Shown one piece after another: positions 1 to 15,400 of a DNA stretch of 64,000 nucleotides (position 1 is the stretch's first letter; each line of letters starts with the position of its first letter). The stretch is from the NCBI GenBank assembly GCA_965207445.1, contig CBDBLX010000002.1, positions 1,943,849-2,007,848 of the forward strand. The letters are read 5' to 3'. The stretch comes from Nitrosopumilus sp. (lineage in GTDB: Archaea > Thermoproteota > Nitrososphaeria > Nitrososphaerales > Nitrosopumilaceae). A program made the translations under genes and the position numbers. The notes under the pieces were generated by a model, which saw only the letters and a program-made list of their open reading frames with translations, had not been told where the DNA came from and searched no databases.

Positions 1-412
1 TGCCATTGGTGTAAAATATCTGAACATCGTCTCGTGTGATATCAGAGACAAAGACGTGCGTAGAGTTGGCAGCAATGCCAGTGGGGTTTCGGAACGTGCC
101 GTTGACAGTACCGGTGCCGCCGAACTTTTTGACAAATGCCCCAGTGTCGGCTCGGAACACATGGATGAGATCCCGCGCGTTGTCTGACACAAAGACAAAC
201 TCAGAGTTGGCCGCGATGGCAGTAGGGTTTTGGAACTGGCCATTTGCATTACCATGACTGCCAAACTTTGAGAGATAGTTGCCATTATAATCAAGTATTT
301 GCACGTCCCGGCGCTGAGAATCCAGCACAAATATCTTCTCAGCATTGGCCGTAATTGAGCGTATATTCTGGAACTGCCCTTCGCCATTACCCTTGATTAT
401 ATCCCCGGCAAA
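1..412. repeat. Intragenic duplication of the NHL block at 14132..14543
   Basis: tgccattggtgtaaaatatctgaacatcg... aligns almost base for base with 14132 onward over ~410 bp. Confidence 0.9.
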
Positions 413-3400
413 TGCGTGCGGATAGTTATCAAACACTCTGACCTCGTTGCCACCCCCAGTATCTGCCACAAATGTGTGGAACCTGACAGTTGCAACGCCC
501 GTCGGATCATACAGTTGTCCTGCGCCGGTGTGGTCTAGTGTGCCCACATAGTTTCCTGACAGGTCAAACAGCTGTACGTCTTTGCGGACGGTATCCATCA
601 CCGTGACGTGCAACGGGCTGACGGCTATGCCTGTCGGGTTTAGGAACTCTCCGGGTGCAGTACCGTTGCCGCCAAAACTTGATATGTGATTTCGCGTGCC
701 GGCATCAAATATGTGCACCTTGTTGTTCTCAGTGTCCGTCACAAAGACGTGCGTGGGACTGGCCGCGACTGCGTACGGCTTTCCCAAAGATGAGTTTGCA
801 AGGGCTCCAACAAATCTGCCGGCGTGTTCAAACACCTGCACATCATCCTGCCTGTTGTCAACTATAAACACGCGGTTTTCATTGGCCGCAATATTCAAGA
901 CCTCCCGAAATGCCCCATCAGGCGAGTCGCGTGTATCCAGGTTTATCGAAGGTATGTTCTTGCTGCGAATCTTACCCGAATCGGAGCCTAAATGATCATA
1001 CACATTAATCTCAGAGAATTGGTAGCCAATCTGAGCATTACCTATTCTGTTTGGAAGGTCGCGCGCCACAAACACTTTGTCTGAGGAGACTGCGATGTTG
1101 CGCGCGTTAGAAGCGGTGTCAAATTGATAGGTGGGCTGGCCGCGCTCGTCAAATATCTCGACACGTGTGTTATCCAGCACGAATACATGCGTAGAGTTGG
1201 ACCCCACGTCACGCGGGTTGTTAAATGTGTTGGCAGTGTCATTGACATTGTATGTAAATTTTGGTACTAACAGGGCAGGATCTGGAGAGTCAGGGCCTGG
1301 ACGTGACACTGGTATTGCAACATGTATTGTGTCAGTGCCGCCGGACCCGTCGTCTACTGTAAATTGTATAGTCTGGTCAACTACGGACCGGGGAGTCCAG
1401 GTGAACATGGCGGTCCTGTTATCCGTAGCAGTTATTGTACCCAAACTGCCAAAGCGCGTGTATGTCAAGGGGTCGGCCGGAATGTCTGGATCGGCGGCTG
1501 CCAGTACGAGGGTAAACTGCCTGCCAGATACTGCGTTTTGCGGTCCTATCTGTGAAAACATCGGACTCGTATTTGTCTCAGATACCATAATTATCAGATT
1601 ATGATATCCCACGTTGTTTACCGCATCGGTGGCAGATATTTCTATGTGGTATGTGTTGCCACCGTGCAGCTCTCCGGGCGTCCAGGATAACGTGTTGCCT
1701 GATATTATCGGTACGGACGTACCCGTCACGGTGTGCGATACGATGGCAAATGTGACGCCTGGTTCGTTTGCCATCAAGGTGTGGGTGCCCGCAGTATGCT
1801 CTGCAAACGTGATGGTGGCAGCAGACGTGACAGTCGGCGGTGTGGCATCGGCCGTGGCAAGAGGGGTGGCAGATACCGTATCAGATGCGGGTCCCGTGCC
1901 TGCCACGTTTGTGGCGTTGATGCGAAACTGGTACTGTATGCCGTTTGTCAGATTTGTGACGGTGGCATTAGTGTCAGTCGAGACGTCATCGGCAAATATA
2001 CGCCACGTTGTGCCGGCATCTGAGCTGTACTGTATAATGTAATCAGTTATTGCAGAGCCACCGTCATCTGTGGGTTCAGTCCACGTCAATACGACGCGCT
2101 CGTTGCCTATGGTAGCGGCAAGTGAGGTCGGGGCGCCCGGAGCGCCGCGCGGTGTTGAAGACACCACATTAGAGGCGGGGCCCGTGCCTGCCACGTTTGT
2201 GGCGTTGACGCGAAACTGGTACTGTATGCCGTTTGTCAGATTTGTGACGGTGGCATTAGTGTCAGTCGAGACGTCATCGGCAAATATACGCCACGTTGTG
2301 CCGGCATCTGAGCTGTACTGTATAATGTAATCAGTTATTGCAGAGCCACCGTCATCTGTGGGTTCAGTCCACGTCAATACGACGCGCTCGTTGCCTATGG
2401 TAGCGGCAAGTGAGGTCGGGGCGCCCGGAGCGCCGCGCGGTGTTGAAGACGCCACATTAGAGGCGGGGCCCGTGCCTGCCACGTTTGTGGCGTTGACGCG
2501 AAACTGGTATGATTGCTCTTTGGTCAGATTCCGTGACGGTGGCATTAGTGTCAGTCGAGACGTCATCGGCAAATATACGCCACGTTGTGCCGGCATCTGA
2601 GCTGTACTGTATAATGTAATCAGTTATTGCAGAGCCACCGTCATCTGTGGGTTCAGTCCACGTCAATACGACGCGCTCGTTGCCTATGGTAGCGGCAAGT
2701 GAGGTCGGGGCGCCCGGAGCGCCGCGCGGTGTTGAAGACGCCACATTAGAGGCGGGGCCCGTGCCTGCCGTGTTTGTGGCACTTGCTCGAAACTCGTACT
2801 GTATGCCATTTGTCAGATTTGTGACGGTGGCATTAGTGGTGCCGGTGACCGGATTGCCTGAAAACGTGGTCCACGAGGTGACTCCGCTTTGCTTGTACTC
2901 GACTACATAGCCAGTTATTGCAGAGCCGCCGACATCTGAGGGGGCAGTCCACGACAGCTCAACTTGCTCGTCGCCCGCTACGGCGGACAATCCTGTGGGC
3001 GGCGCGGGGGCAAGTGTCGGGAAGACCTCTAGTTCCAGTATGTTGGACTCGGCGCTCAATGTTCCACCGCCCCCTTGTGCTGAGCCTCCCGGTATGCTGA
3101 TGCTCAACAGTCCCGTCGCAGGATTGTGCACCTCAAAGGTATACACACCGCTGCCAAACACCTGGACGCGAGGGTTGCCATTTTCTGTCACGTATATACG
3201 ACCAAACTCATCAACTACGATTCCCTGAGGAGTAAAAAACTCTCCCAGATTCGAACCCGGATTAGAGTCAGTCGGACCTATACTCGTGCCACTAGGATCA
3301 AACATGAGAACTCGGTTCCTAGCGTCAATTACAAATACATGACCAGTTGAGTTTACGGCCACCCCGTATGGGATCCATATGCGAGGTTTGACAGACTCGC

Positions 3401-6400
3401 CAAGTAGACTGACAAATGTTCCATTTGGGTGAATTATCTGGATGCGATTGTTAGACTGATCAACTACCAAAAGACGGCCTGCAGGGTCTACGGCAACATC
3501 AACGGGTGCTCGGAACCGGCCGTTCTCTGTTCCCTGCGTGCCAATCGTCTCTAGATAATGGCCTGTCGAATTAAACACGGCAATGCGGTGTTCTCGTGAA
3601 TCTGCAACAAAAATGTGGCCAGTAGAGTTTATGTCAAGTCCCAGGGGGATGCCAAACGTATGGCCCCTGAGCTTGCCCAGATATGAGCCGTCGGGGGAAA
3701 ATATTTGGACATTTTTGTTGTCCCTGTCAGACACTAAAATGCGGTCAGTTGTGTTATCCACCGCAATGCCATAAGGATTATTGAATTCCCCGTTGCCCCT
3801 GCCTGTCTGGCCAAAGTAGCCAACGTATGATCCTGCCGAGTCATATATCAGAACACGGTCCGATGCCACTTCTGCGACAAACACGTGTCCCGTAGAGTTG
3901 ACTGCCACCCCGCGCGGATGGAGAATTCGTGGGGAGGTGTCATTTCCAAGCGTGTGCGTCTCTGGTGCTGCCAGGTTGTGCACGATGCCAGAAGATACAG
4001 ATATGTCAGATGCATCAAACCCCGTGACACGCTCGCTAAACCTGGCGCCTACCAATATTATATCCTTCTGGACTGGGCTCGTCACAGGGGTGAAGATAGA
4101 GACAAGAGGAGTGCTCTCAGGGTCATATACGGTTATAGTCACATGTTCGTGTGCCGTTCCTCCCGTCCGGCCGTCATCGACGGTGAATCTTATTGTGTGA
4201 TCTCCTAGATCAGTTATGGCGGGGGTCCACCTGAATGTGGCAGTCCGGTCAGATCCCGTTATCGTTCCCACAGTTCCGTCGTGCGACCAAGATAGCGTGT
4301 CAGCAGGCTCATCAATGTCCGTAGCAGACAGGGTTATGACAATCTCATGGTCGTATCCGATAAAACGATTCTCAATATTCGTAATTATAGGAGGGTCGTT
4401 TGTCTCCGATACTACAAGTGTCAGATTCTGAGCATCCATGTTATTAGACAGGTCAGTAGCAGTTATCTCCACGCCGTATATGTTGCCGCCATGCTGCTCT
4501 CCGGGCGTCCAGGATAACGTGCTGCCTGATATTACCGGTACATCATCATCATCATCATCAGCAACGGTGTCTGTTACATTGTGCGATACGATGGTAAATG
4601 TGACGGGCTCGTCTGCTTCCAAGGTGTGGGTGCCCTCAACGTGCTCAGTAAATGACAGAGAGGCAGCAGAAGATGTGATAGTCGGCGGGGTGATATCGGC
4701 CGTGGCAAGAGGGGTGGCAGATATCGTATCAGATGCAGGGCCCGTGCCTGCCACGTTTGTGGCGTTTATACGGAACATATATAACTGATCATTTGTCAGG
4801 TTTAAGACGGTAGCATCAGTGTCATTAGATATGCCGTCGTCAAATGTAATCCACGTTGTACCCGCATCTAAACTGTACTGTATAATATAATCAGTTATTG
4901 TAGAGCCACCGTCATCTGTGGGCGGTATCCACGTCAGTTTGACCTTTTCATTGCCGATATCGACAGACAAATCTGTGGGCGCGCCCGGCAAACCGCGCGG
5001 TGTTGAAGATATCACATCAGAGGCGGGGCCCGTGCCGATCACGTTTGTGGCATTTATGCGAAACAGGTGTTCGAGTTTGTTTGTCAAGCCCACGACTATA
5101 ACATAGGTGTCATCAGAGGTGCCGTCGGCAAATGTACGCCACGTAGTGCCGGCGTCTGAACTGTACTGTATAATGTAATCAGTTATTGTAAAGCCGCCGT
5201 CATGTATGGGCGGCATCCACGTCAATACGACGCGCTCGTTGCCCGGGATGGCGGCAAGCGAGGTCGGGGGGCCCGGAGCGCTGCGCGGGATGGCAGATGC
5301 CACATTAGAGGCAGGGCCCGTGCCTGCCACGTTTGTGGCGTTGACGCGAAACTCGTACGGTATACCGTTTGTCAGATTTGAGACGATAGTAGAGGTGGCG
5401 GGGCCCATGTCATCATCAAATGTAATCCACGTTGTGCCGGCGTCTGAACTGTACTGTATAGTATAATCAGTTATTGTAAAGCCGCCGTCATCTGTGGGCG
5501 CTGCCCATCTCAGTGTGACCCGCTCGTTGCCCGGGGTGGCGGCAAGCGAGGTCGGGGCGCCCGGAGCGCCACGCGGGACGGCAGATGCCACATTAGAGGC
5601 AGGGCCCGTGCCTGCCTCATTTACGGCTTTGATGCGAAATTCGTACGGTAGACTGTTTGTCAGATTTGAGACGGTGACAGTAGTGTCACTAGATATGTCA
5701 TCTACAAATACATCCCACAGAGCGGCGCTGCTCAGCTTGTACTCTACGGCATAATCCGTAATTGAAGATCCCCCGTCGTCTGTAGGTGCAGTCCACGTCA
5801 GTCTGGCGTGCGCGTCGCCGGCGACTGCAGATAGTCCCACAGGGGCAGCCGGGACCGTACGCGGCGTGGCAGATACCGTATCAGAGGCGGGGCCCGTGCC
5901 TGCCACGTTTGTGGCGTTTATGCGAAATTGGTATTCCTGCCTGTTTACCAGGCCCGTGACGTTTGCAAATGTGGCATCTGTAGGGTCGTCTGGATACAGG
6001 TTCCACGTAGAGCCGCCGTCATCACTGTATTCGATGGTATAGTCAATGACACGTGAGCCGCCGTTGTTTAAAGGCGCGCTCCACTCTAGCTCAACGTACG
6101 TATAGTCCGCAGTAGCAGTCAGCATTCTCGGGGCGTCTGGAATCGTCGCCATAGCGGCAACATCAGGTGCTTTAGATATTACATCAGATGCGGGGCCCGT
6201 GCCTGCCACGTTTGTTGCGTTTACACGAAATTCATATAAAACTCCGTTTGTGAGCTTTAAGACTGTGGCTTTGGTAAATGTGCTGATGCCATCATTAAAC
6301 AAGATCCACGTCGTGGCGTTGACTATTCTGTACTCTATGGTATAGTCAGTTATTGCAGATCCGCCGTCATCGCCACCACCATCAGCCCACATCAAGTCCA

Positions 6401-9400
6401 CCTGCCCGTTGCCTGCAGTAGCAGTCAGTCCAGTGGGCGCGCCCGGAGCGCCGCGCGGGGTGGCAGATGCCACATTAGAGGCAGGGCCCGTGCCTGCCTC
6501 ATTTGTGGCGTTGACGCGAAACTGGTACAGTATGCCGTTTGTCAGGCCCGTGACGGTTCCAGCGGGGAGGTCGCCGCTGCTCGGAAATATGTTCCATGTG
6601 GCTCCGCCGTCGTTGCTGCGCTCTATGACATAGTCAAAAATCACAGAGCCGCCGTCGTCACCAGCAGTCCACATCAGGTCCACTCGCCTGTCGCCTGCAG
6701 TAGCAGTCAGTTCGGTGGGTGCGTCAGGGAGTGTATGCGGGGTGGCAGATACCGTATCAGAGGCTGGGCCCGTGCCTGCCACACTTGTGGCGTTGACGCG
6801 AAACTCATACTGTATACCGTTTGTCAGGCCCGTGATGGTGGCAGTGGTGCCATCAAAGGGGCCACCAGTCAGATACTCTGACCATGCGCCACCAATCGGC
6901 CTGTACTCTAATGTATACTCAATAATGTCGGATGCTCCGGCGCCCATAGGTGCGCTCCACGCCAGCTCAACTTGCGCGTCTTCTGCAGTGACAGTCAGTT
7001 CTGTGGGCGCTCCGGGAATCATAGTCGGGGTGGCAGATGCCACATTAGATGCGGGGCCCGTGCCTGCCACATTTGTGGCGTTTACGCGAAACTCGTACGG
7101 TATACCGTTTGTCAGGTTTGATATAATGGTGTTAAGGCCGGCGCCGGCGCTCAGAAAAGTGTCCCATGCAGAGCCGCCGACTCTGCGATATTCTACAGTA
7201 TAATCAGTGATCGTAGAGCCGCCGTTGTCCTCAGGCGGATTCCATACGAGCTCAACTCTAGTGTCGCCCAGCAGGGCTCTCAGTTCCATGGGTGCGCCCG
7301 GAGTGCCGCGCGGGGTAGCAGATGCCACATTAGATGCGGGGCCCGTGCCTGCCACATTTGTGGCGTTGACGCGAAACTGGTACAGTATGCCGTTTGTCAG
7401 GCCCGTGACGGTAGTGTCAGTGCCGGCGCCTGCCACAGGGTGGGCGCGCCACGTGGCGCCCGCATTTGAGCTATATTCTACTATATAACCTGTTATTGCA
7501 GAGCCACCATCGTCACTACTAGCAGTCCACGACAGCTCAGCTTGCGCGTCTCCCGCAGTGACAGTCAATCCGGCAGGCGCGTCAGGTGTCGTGTATACCA
7601 TGACTGTCCGATGCACCTGCGGGGCCGAGTTGCCAGAGGCATCCTGACACGAGAACGTGACAGTATATGTCCCGGCAGTAGACGTATCAACAACGCCATC
7701 GCTACTGCTATCATCTGTTAATGTGGGGGCGTCATCAAAAGTATCAGTACATTCGGCACCCGAATCTGAATAGGCAGAGTCAGTTGGAATCAGGACTAGA
7801 GAGCTGCCCATCAGATTAATCACGGGCGCAGTCGTGTCGGCCACCAGGACGTACCTTATCACGCGGTCAGATCGCATGTCGTCGGAGTCAGTGCATATGT
7901 ATGAGACCTGGTATGTTCTGATTACATTTGGGTTGACTGCGTCACTACCCTCAACATCGGCAGGCTTGTCCGGATCTTTGTTATCCTCACACGTGGCGCC
8001 CTCCTCAGTGTACGTGCCCGTACCCGCCTCAACGCGGACAATTGACGATCCGCTGAGGATGACGACAGGCCTCAGAGTTTCATGTACGGTGATCTGTGCA
8101 TTCACAGAGTGGGTGCCACCCATGCCATCAGATACGCTGAACCGGATTATATGCTGCCCTATGTCGTCGTTGCCAGGCGTCCAGGTAAACGTGCTGCCCG
8201 TAATTGTACCGTTTGTGGCATTAGTAGAGTAGACTAGCACGTTGGCAGGAATGTCCTCGTCGCTTGCGTAAAGTGAGATTACACGCTCTTGGTCTACAGC
8301 TGCTGCCTGCTGTCCCGGACTGTCTATAACCGGGGGCCGGTTGACCTCGCGTGCAGTTACCTTGATTGTCTGATTGAGGCTTTCCCGGAAGAGATCCACT
8401 GCAGTGATAATCACGTCGTGTGTGTCACCGTGGCCGCCCTGAGATTCGGTGGCATTCCACACCAGCCGGCCGTCGTCTGATAGTGTGGGTAGCGGGCCGG
8501 TCCTGCCATTTTTGTTCTCTCCGGGGTCTGCAAGCGACAGATTGGCAAGTCTGTTGAGGGTGATGCGGTGCTGCAACTCGACATGCTCATCAACTGACGG
8601 TGTAGCAGACGATGTGAACGCTAGTTCGTTTCTGGAGGCCAAATTGCTAAAAAAGACCACCTCAAACGGCTTATCTGTCGCCTCGATCACGATTCCCGTC
8701 ACGTCTCGGAACGCTCCGCGCTCTACGCGAAGTACAACATCATCAAAGTCTCCGAGCTGCCACACCAGAGGCATCAATGACTCTGGTATGCGTATCTTGA
8801 TTGACAAAGAGTCAAAGTCTGTCACTATATCAAAGTTGTCAAATACGAGTTGCCCTCCAGTAGAGTTTGTAAATGACAGTAGCGTCAGGTCGATTTGTGA
8901 CACGTCGATTTTGTGTAAGAGCTCGTTTAGTGGGGGTCCGGCGTTCTCTTTAAAGTGTATCGTAAACGTCCCGTCCTGTACTATGTTGCCAAGCTCACGT
9001 ATCTCAGGCGCCATGGCAGTACGGCTGCCGACGTCGAGTTGTATCGTACTCTTTGCGATCGGGTTTCCTGCAAGATCTCTGAACGCGCCGCGCTCCACGC
9101 CTAGATATAACTCAGAGTCAGAGGAAAAGTCAAGGTTAAATATTTCAGTGGCCACGCTACTCGGGAGCTTTATGGCAACGTGTGCATCATCAGATGTCGT
9201 CACGAGTGTGCCGCGTGCGAGGCTTATCACGACGTGCGCAGAGTCCCCGGTTCCGTTTGATACGGACAGCCCGGCAAAGTCGGCCTCTGATACGTCTACT
9301 GTTTCATCAAAGTCAAGGAAGAGTGTTTGTGAACTTCTGTGCGCGTTTAATGCGGCGACTGTGAGGGATGGCGATTGTCCGTCATTAATGACGCTGATCG

Positions 9401-12400
9401 GCAGCGTCACGGCCGCTCCTGGCACGGCAGACGGGCTGACAAACGCCCCCTCCTGAACCCTGAGCAATATAATGTCCCCTAGGGCATCTATCTGTGAGAT
9501 CTGTGCAGGTGTAAGTGTGATTAAGACGCCCATACCACCACCCGTTGCTTGCGCCATCTCTGCGCCGCCAAGTGACACGTCCCGGCTCGTGTCATCTATA
9601 CTGTCGGTGACGGAGAGTTTTTCAAGGTTCGTCAACTCTGCAACGACTGCGTTGCTAAAGCTGACAAGCAGCGTGCGCACGGCGGGCGCCACGTTCATAG
9701 TGGCATTTGACGCATGGGGCGGCGGCGTGGTGATCTCTGCTGTGTCCAGTACGACGGAGGTTTTGTCCATAGGATTTCCTGACACGTCAGAAAACGTGCC
9801 CTCTGATGCTACCAAATACAACACGGACTGCCTCAGGTTCAATATGTCTCTGCGTTGCGTGTCGGTGATCTCCAACACCACGTCCTTGCCGTCAGATATA
9901 GTACGTATGGTGGAGTTGGCAAGCCCCACAGCAACCGTGCCATTGGAATCACCTGAGACTGCCAGTCCCCGTATTGCAGTAGCAGAGACGTCGACTGTTT
10001 CATCAAAGGAGATCAACAGAGTGCGTCCCTGTGTGTTTATGGTAGCGCCCGTAATTATAGGCGGGGCCGTGTCGTTGCGTATAATTATCGGGTTATTAAC
10101 GTCTTCTGCGCTCTCAATGCCATTTACAGTGATGACTGCGCCGGCATCCAAGTCGAGCTCAAGTGGGCGAGTCATATCAAGAACCTGTAGCCTCTGCTCT
10201 TCTGTCATCTCTATTACAAGGATTGGTCCGTCGTCTTGCGATGACGATACTGATGCCTCTGTCAACTGCACGCCGCCAGACGACGCGCCGCGCTCGCGTA
10301 TGTAAAACTTTGACGTGTCGACGTGATCAGCAGGCGTTGCATCAACTGCCACACTGAATGTAACACGGAGTTCTCGGCTGCCAGAGTCCAGATCAATGAC
10401 TGCCAGGTCAGCCTCTGTCGGCGTTATGTCCTCCACAGTTATCATAACAGACGCGTCCACCTTATTTTGCGCCATATCCGTAGCAGAGACCGTGACCGTG
10501 TGCGTGCCGGCCGCAAGTTGATGCGTGATGCTCATCTGGTTGTCATACTGTGGCAGTTCAGTGCCGTCTGCGCTCCAGGATATAGATGGTATCTCAATGT
10601 TGTCAGATATCTGGGCCTCAAACCGTATGGGCTGCAGCGAGTGGAATGAACCGTCGGCAGGCGATATGATGTCTACAGAAGGCAATATCCCGTCAACAGA
10701 TATAGTACTGGTAAACGCCAGCGGTCCGGACTTGCTAACAGGCGGCTGCGGGTTTATCTGCATTGTCAGCTCGGGGGGCGGGAGGTCAGGTAGTACGTCT
10801 CTGAATGGATGTGATGCTGCCTTTATGGCAGCACCGTCAGGAAACCTCAGCGAGTCAGCAGACACATAGTTGAGATCCATAGTATAGTCACCGTCTTGCA
10901 CCAAATATGAAAAGACGAGTTGCGCAGTACCGTTGCCACCATCATATCTGGCAGTTCGGTCAGCCGCGCCCGTCTCCAGATCTAGCACGGGTGTGCCCGT
11001 GACATGTACAGGCTCAGAAAAGTGAACATTAATGAACACCTGCCTGCCTGCGCCATACGTCTCCTCAGTCTGGGCGCCTGACACACCATAAGCAAGGATG
11101 TCTCTGTCCCAGAACAGCACGTACACGGCCCCCCTCGCGCCCACGGCAACCTCGGGGGCGCCGTCGCGGTCCAAGTCACCTATAACAGCAAAGGATAAGC
11201 CAAACTCGCGGACGTCATCGCCTATTGCATGCATCGCCCGGTTAATCTCATATGAGCCCTTTATACTCCCATCTGAGTTCAAAAGTAGCATGTGGACGGT
11301 ACCGGCGTTGTTCACACCATCTCTGTCTGCCCCAGGGGCCCCTACTGCGACATCCGGCGTCCCGTCGCCGTCCAGATCGCCCGCGGCCCCGACGGACAGT
11401 CCAAAGTCGTCGTTTGCCCGTATCGCCGGGGCATTTTCTGACGAGGCGTCTAGTTTTAGGACAGACTTTACAGATATCGTGCCGCCACCGCCACCACTGC
11501 GCTCAAGCAGTATTACATGCACGGCCTCATCGTACCCCGAGCTCACATTGTCGTGGTTAAAGGAGCTGTCCGAGGGATGCGATCCGGACACCAAATCTAT
11601 CATGCCATTACCGTCGATGTCACCGACGGCAGCAAGCGAGAATCCCAACCCTGCGCCGTCTGCGAGGTCAAAGCCGCGTGCGCTGTCGCGGTTTATCTCG
11701 GCCACGTGCTGCGCGCGCACCTGCTGGCCGCCTGACCCACGGTCCAGCGAAAGTATATGTATAGCGCCACTAGCACGGGGGCCGTCCCCGTTGGCTCCGA
11801 CTGCCACATAGACAGTCTTGTCAAAATCCAGGTCGCCCAGAACTGCCAGCGCGGACCCAAAGTTGTCGCTCACCCTTATGCGACCCTCCTGGCCCCGGAC
11901 GCTGGGATCAAGGCCTGCCAAATTCTGCGGGCCAAAAGAAGATGTATGGTTTACCGTGCCGTCTGGGTTTAGCAATCGCACCTGGATCTCTCCGCATGTG
12001 CCAGGATTGCATACGGGGTTACCAGCTTCCGGGACGCCCACCAATATATCCGTGGTGCCGTCACGGTTGATGTCTCCTATGTTGACAGCGGATCTTCCAA
12101 ACCCCGCAGAGTGAGTGGCTTGACCGACGCTGCTCTTGACTGTGCCGTTTGGGTTCATAAATGCGATGTGAAATCCAGAAGGCGTACGGTCAAAAATATT
12201 CCGAGTGCCGTACGATCCCACGGCAAGATCCGGGGTGCCGTCGCGGTTCAGGTCTCCTAGCCCAGCCACTGCCGTATTGTACACCGGAGCCCTTTTACAG
12301 ATATTTATGTCCAGGGAAAAGCATTCATACCCTCTATGATGTAGTATTCGGTGCACCTCAAACAGTTGTATCTCAGTGCTGTCGCCCAACTCTTCGCTGG

Positions 12401-15400
12401 GCCCCGGCTTTGGGGCATAAAGCGGGATCAAATGCACCACACCCAGTTTAGCGCCCGTATAATTGTACGTGGGCTCACTGACTACAAGGTCGGTCACACC
12501 GTCGCCGTTAAAGTCAGCGGCCGCTATCTCGGTGCCAAACCCGTCTCTCTGGTCCATTATCATGATGTGCTCTGTGTCGTTGTTGATTGTAATTGTGGAC
12601 TTTGGGACACCGTCGCCGCCGAGGTACACCAGATGTATCGAGTTGTCATCCACAGAGGTCGCTTCACCCGGAGCCCCCACGGCTATATCGTAGAATCCAT
12701 CGCCGTCCAGATCGCCCATTCCCGTCACAGAGCTGCCAAAGTTGGAACGAGAGGTCTGGCGCGGGCCAAACTCGTCGCTGCTAGTTATTTTGTGCAACAG
12801 GTTCAACGACGGGGAGCCGTTTGCATATCCTAGTGACAGTAAGAATACAGAGCCGTCCTTGCTTCCGTTGTGAGGTTCACCCGGTGCCCCTACTGCAATC
12901 TCCGTGGTGCCGTCGCCGTTGACATCACCCACGTTTGCAACTGACGTGCCAAATTTGATATCAGGTCCAGTAGTATCTCCACCCACCGATCTGTAGGTGA
13001 ACTTGTATGTAGATTTGATAGAGTTTGCGCTGTTCATTAAAATTACATGTATGGCGCCCTGATTTGCCACCGTCGAACCGAGCGGGTCATCAAAGTCATC
13101 ATTAGGGGTGCCCACCACCACATCAGGAACGCCGTTACCATCAATGTCGCCAGCAGACGCCACAGAGGCGCCAAATTCATCAAACTGTTCAAGGATGGGT
13201 CCTCCGTTCGCATTGTGTATCGCAAATGAGGACTTTAGTGTGCCGTTGCTGTGAAGCAGTACCACGTATACGGTGCCCGTATTAGGTCCACTATCGTCAT
13301 CTCCGGTAGCGCCCACCAGTATATCCATAACACCGTCGCCGTCCATGTCGCCGGCAGGTGCCACAGAGGTGCCAAAATAGTCATGTGAACCCCGGACCGG
13401 CTGCTTTTGGTCCAGTATGACTTGTACTGATTTTATAGCATACCCACCATCTTCCATCAGTATTATAAACACGGCGCCCTCGTTCTCATCACTACTGTCT
13501 TCAGTTGGGTCATAGTCCTTTGCCCCCACTGCAAAGTCAACGGCACCGTTGCCGTCTATGTCCCCTATGGATGCCACAGATGAGCCAAAGTCACTGCCCC
13601 TCTCAGTCGGAAAGAGAGAAGAGGACGTCACATTGATGGTAAACGTGCCGGCGGCAATAGGGGCGGCAATAGGGGCGGCAATAGGCACATATCTGGGCGG
13701 CGCGGTGTCTATTCCAAACTCCGAGAGTCCGACCTTGACTACATACGGAAGATCGCTGTCGGCCACAAGCACGTAATCACCAATAACTGCAATATCATAC
13801 GGGTCTCCGAACAGATCGAGTCCTGAGCCTTCATCTCCGAACTGCGAGATGAATAGTCCCGAGGGTGTAAACACCGACACCCGTTGGTTTGAGGAATCCA
13901 CGGCAAATACGCGCGATCCGTCAAATGCCATACCACGCACGGCGGCAAACTCACCTTGGCCGGTACCGCTACGACCAAACTCGGATATATAATCTCCAGA
14001 ATGATCAAACACCTGCACTATATCCCGGTCGCGGTCTGCCACGTAGATGTGCATATTGTTGACTGCAATGCCAGTGGGATTTCGGAACTGGCCGTTACCA
14101 AAGCCGTTGCCGCCGAACTTTGTGACAAAGGTGCCATTGGTGTAAAATATCTGAACATCGTTTCGCGTGATATCCGATACAAAGACATGCGTAGAGTTGG
14201 CAGCAATGCCAGTGGGGTTTCGGAACTGGCCGTTGACAGTACCGGTGCCGCCGAACTTTGTGACAAATGCCCCAGTGTCGGCTCGGAACACATGGATGAG
14301 ATCCCGCGCGTTGTCTGACACAAAGACAAACTCAGAGTTGGCCGCGATGGCAGTAGGGCTTCGGAACTGGCCATTTGCATTACCCTGACTGCCAAACTTT
14401 GAGAGATAGTTGCCGTTATAATCAAGTACTTGCACGTCCCGGCGCTGAGAATCCAGCACAAATATCTTCTCAGCATTGGCCGTAATTGAGCGTACAGTCT
14501 GGAACTGTCCATCGCCGCTACCCTTGATTATATCCCCGGCAAACGCATACGGATAATTGTTAAACACCCTGACCCTGTCGCCGCCCCCTGTATCTGCCAC
14601 AAAGGTGCGGAATTTGATAATTGTAATGCCAGTCGGATCGTGTAGTTGACTCGCGGTGCCGGCAGTATTGTTAAATGTGCGCACATATTTTCCGGACAGA
14701 TCAAATACCTGAACGTCGCCGCGGCCAGAGTCCATCACCATAATGTTCGCCGAGTCTACCTCGATGCCCGTGGGGTCTTGGAATTGGCCGTTAGCGGTGC
14801 CGGTGCTGCCAAAGCTCGAGAGATGTTTTCGCGTGTTGGCATCAAAGATGTGCACCATGTCGCCGGCGGTATCCGTCACAAAGACGTGAGTGGCGTTGGC
14901 CGCGACCGCGTGTGGATCGCGCAAGGAGGAGTGGGACAAAGTACCTGCCGATGATCGGATTTTATCTTCATTGTTGGTGGTTACGTCGAGTACCGTGACG
15001 TAGTCCCGTTGTGTGTCCGTCACAAAGATGTGCGTGCCGTTGGAGGCCATGCCTAGAACATCATTAAAGTAACCTCTCGGAGTCTCACCCGCCTTCTGTC
15101 CAATCTTTGGGTAAACGAACAGTTGTTTCCCTGAATGATCATATACTTCGAGCCGCTCATAAAGGACGAAATTGAAATTAAGTGCACTGTAGTCGGTCAT
15201 CACAAACACCTTATCGTGGGTGACTGTAAGGACTCGTGCTTGTGCAGAGACGTCAAACTCCGAGACGAGTGAATCGCGTTCGTCAAATATGAAGACTTTG
15301 CCGGTGGATTCTGTTTTGAGGGCATCTAGCACAAACACATGCGTTGAGTTGGAGTCAATATCCTGCAGGTTTTCAAAATTACGGACAAAGTTGTACTCAA

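Noticed and set aside
1..14543. Diversity-generating retroelement TR/VR pair for the duplicated NHL block
   Set aside because: Both copies are coding, differences are not adenine-specific and no reverse transcriptase is present
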